From positions 2,551-66,550 of the forward strand of contig CAUPNA010000004.1 of the NCBI GenBank assembly GCA_963512475.1: a DNA stretch of 64,000 nucleotides, given 5' to 3'. The notes under the pieces are model-generated. The model was not told the origin of the DNA, did not search any database, and was given only the letters and a program-made list of their open reading frames with translations. The position numbers and the translations under genes were made by a program. Origin of the DNA: an uncultured Undibacterium sp. Lineage in GTDB: Bacteria; Pseudomonadota; Gammaproteobacteria; Burkholderiales; Burkholderiaceae_D. Positions 62,999 to 64,000 of the stretch are shown piece by piece (within the stretch, counting starts at the first letter, position 1; every line of letters begins with the position of its first letter).

Positions 62999-63805
62999 TC
63001 ATTCTTGCACATACAAAAGTGCACCACTGCCCTTCGGATACGTCGTTGCCATAGTCTCAAAGCAACTATCCCCCTCAGTATGAATACGTAAGACTTTCGC
63101 GGTATTGATGCATTCTGTGATAAAAAGATCGCATCCCGATACCTTGATTGGTAGTCCTAAATGCTTTGCCCAAGCATTTAGAATTGTTTCTGTGACCGAG
63201 TGCGCATTCAGCTGGCCTGAAAGAGAGGTTTCTATTTCAATAACTCGCGGTGTACCTATTTTCTTAAGGATTGAAGCTATTCTTTTATCGGAGAGCCAAA
63301 AGTACGCGGATTCGCTTCCCCAACTTTCAAGAAGGAGCGTAACTCTACTATCGCAAGGTGAAAGTGGAATAATGATGGTAGACAAGAGTCCAACGCGATT
63401 GTCGAATTGTTTATGGAAAGGGCTTTGAGAAAATACTGTTTCCGAGTCAATCTGTGTCAGGAGATTTTTTTCAACGAGATTGTCTAATCGAAGGCGTAGC
63501 GAGTCGAGACAAGACAACACTAACTGTTTTTGCATTGCATCAGCTTCATCATTTGTGAGGCGCGTATAGTGCCATACTCGGATACGGCTCGTTGCCAAGA
63601 TCGGTGTCAGCGTTTGTTCTCGAAATTCTTGATAAGCTGAAAAATGGCAATTTGGTTTTAAGCTTTGATATGGAGAGCTATTGAGATGTTCATCCATTAA
63701 CTGCCGATCTTCTGTTTGGTATTTGAAAATTAATTCAGAATTGTCAATAAGTGTCTTCGTAATTTCAGTACCAAATGTTTTTGAATTACAAGCGTCAATA
63801 ATCAT
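62999..63805 (-). CDS. Hypothetical protein (268 aa), AT-richer than neighbours
   Basis: Long ORF convergent with GH1; no family recognised. Confidence 0.65.
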   Translation of the reverse strand: MIIDACNSKTFGTEITKTLIDNSELIFKYQTEDRQLMDEHLNSSPYQSLKPNCHFSAYQEFREQTLTPILATSRIRVWHYTRLTNDEADAMQKQLVLSCLDSLRLRLDNLVEKNLLTQIDSETVFSQSPFHKQFDNRVGLLSTIIIPLSPCDSRVTLLLESWGSESAYFWLSDKRIASILKKIGTPRVIEIETSLSGQLNAHSVTETILNAWAKHLGLPIKVSGCDLFITECINTAKVLRIHTEGDSCFETMATTYPKGSGALLYVQE

Positions 63806-63843
63806 TATTGTGAATCATATAGTACGTTCGGTGGAACTTTTGG

Positions 63844-64000
63844 TTAGGAAATATTGCCAGAGATTACTTCTTTTACTATTACTAGGAACCGTTCTGCGTC
63901 GACGCATTCTAGTAGAACGATCTTGCCATTTTCTAGCGTTTCATCGGTGATGGAGATCTGAAATTCGTAGTTTCCATGTGGTAGTTCGCCAGCATGAGTA
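63844..64000 (-). CDS. 3' end of a CDS entering from outside the window
   Basis: Open frame THAGELPHGNYEFQISITDETLENGKIVLLECVDAERFLVIVKEVISGNIS*. Confidence 0.55.
   Translation of the reverse strand, partial: THAGELPHGNYEFQISITDETLENGKIVLLECVDAERFLVIVKEVISGNIS

Overview
Betaproteobacterial chromosome segment. Protein style and gene order suggest an Oxalobacteraceae genome such as Undibacterium (inference). It lies near the origin region: mnmG-rsmG-parA-parB with four parS sites, followed by the complete atpIBEFHAGDC operon. Three non-core signals stand out. (1) A beta-glucan/beta-glucoside utilisation regulon is split into two loci: TBDR + halogenase at 25-30 kb, and GH16, ABC, GH5, GH3, two GH1, MFS and LacI at 44-63 kb. 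Seven copies of a palindromic operator TGG(A/T)AACG(T/A)TTCCA link them, and the regulon also carries two tryptophan-halogenase-family genes and a 2OG-Fe(II)-like DUF6445 gene. (2) An integrase-less three-cassette integron array (CALIN) sits between two diverged copies of the 3' end of a patatin gene, with a local strand-skew flip at the putative crossover. (3) An orphan gene for a basic, C-terminally membrane-anchored protein is bracketed by two perfect parS sites. Several REP/MITE-like palindromic families are also present, one read in frame through the GH5 signal-peptide region. No rRNA, tRNA or CRISPR was seen. All family assignments come from recognising motifs by eye; no database searches were run.
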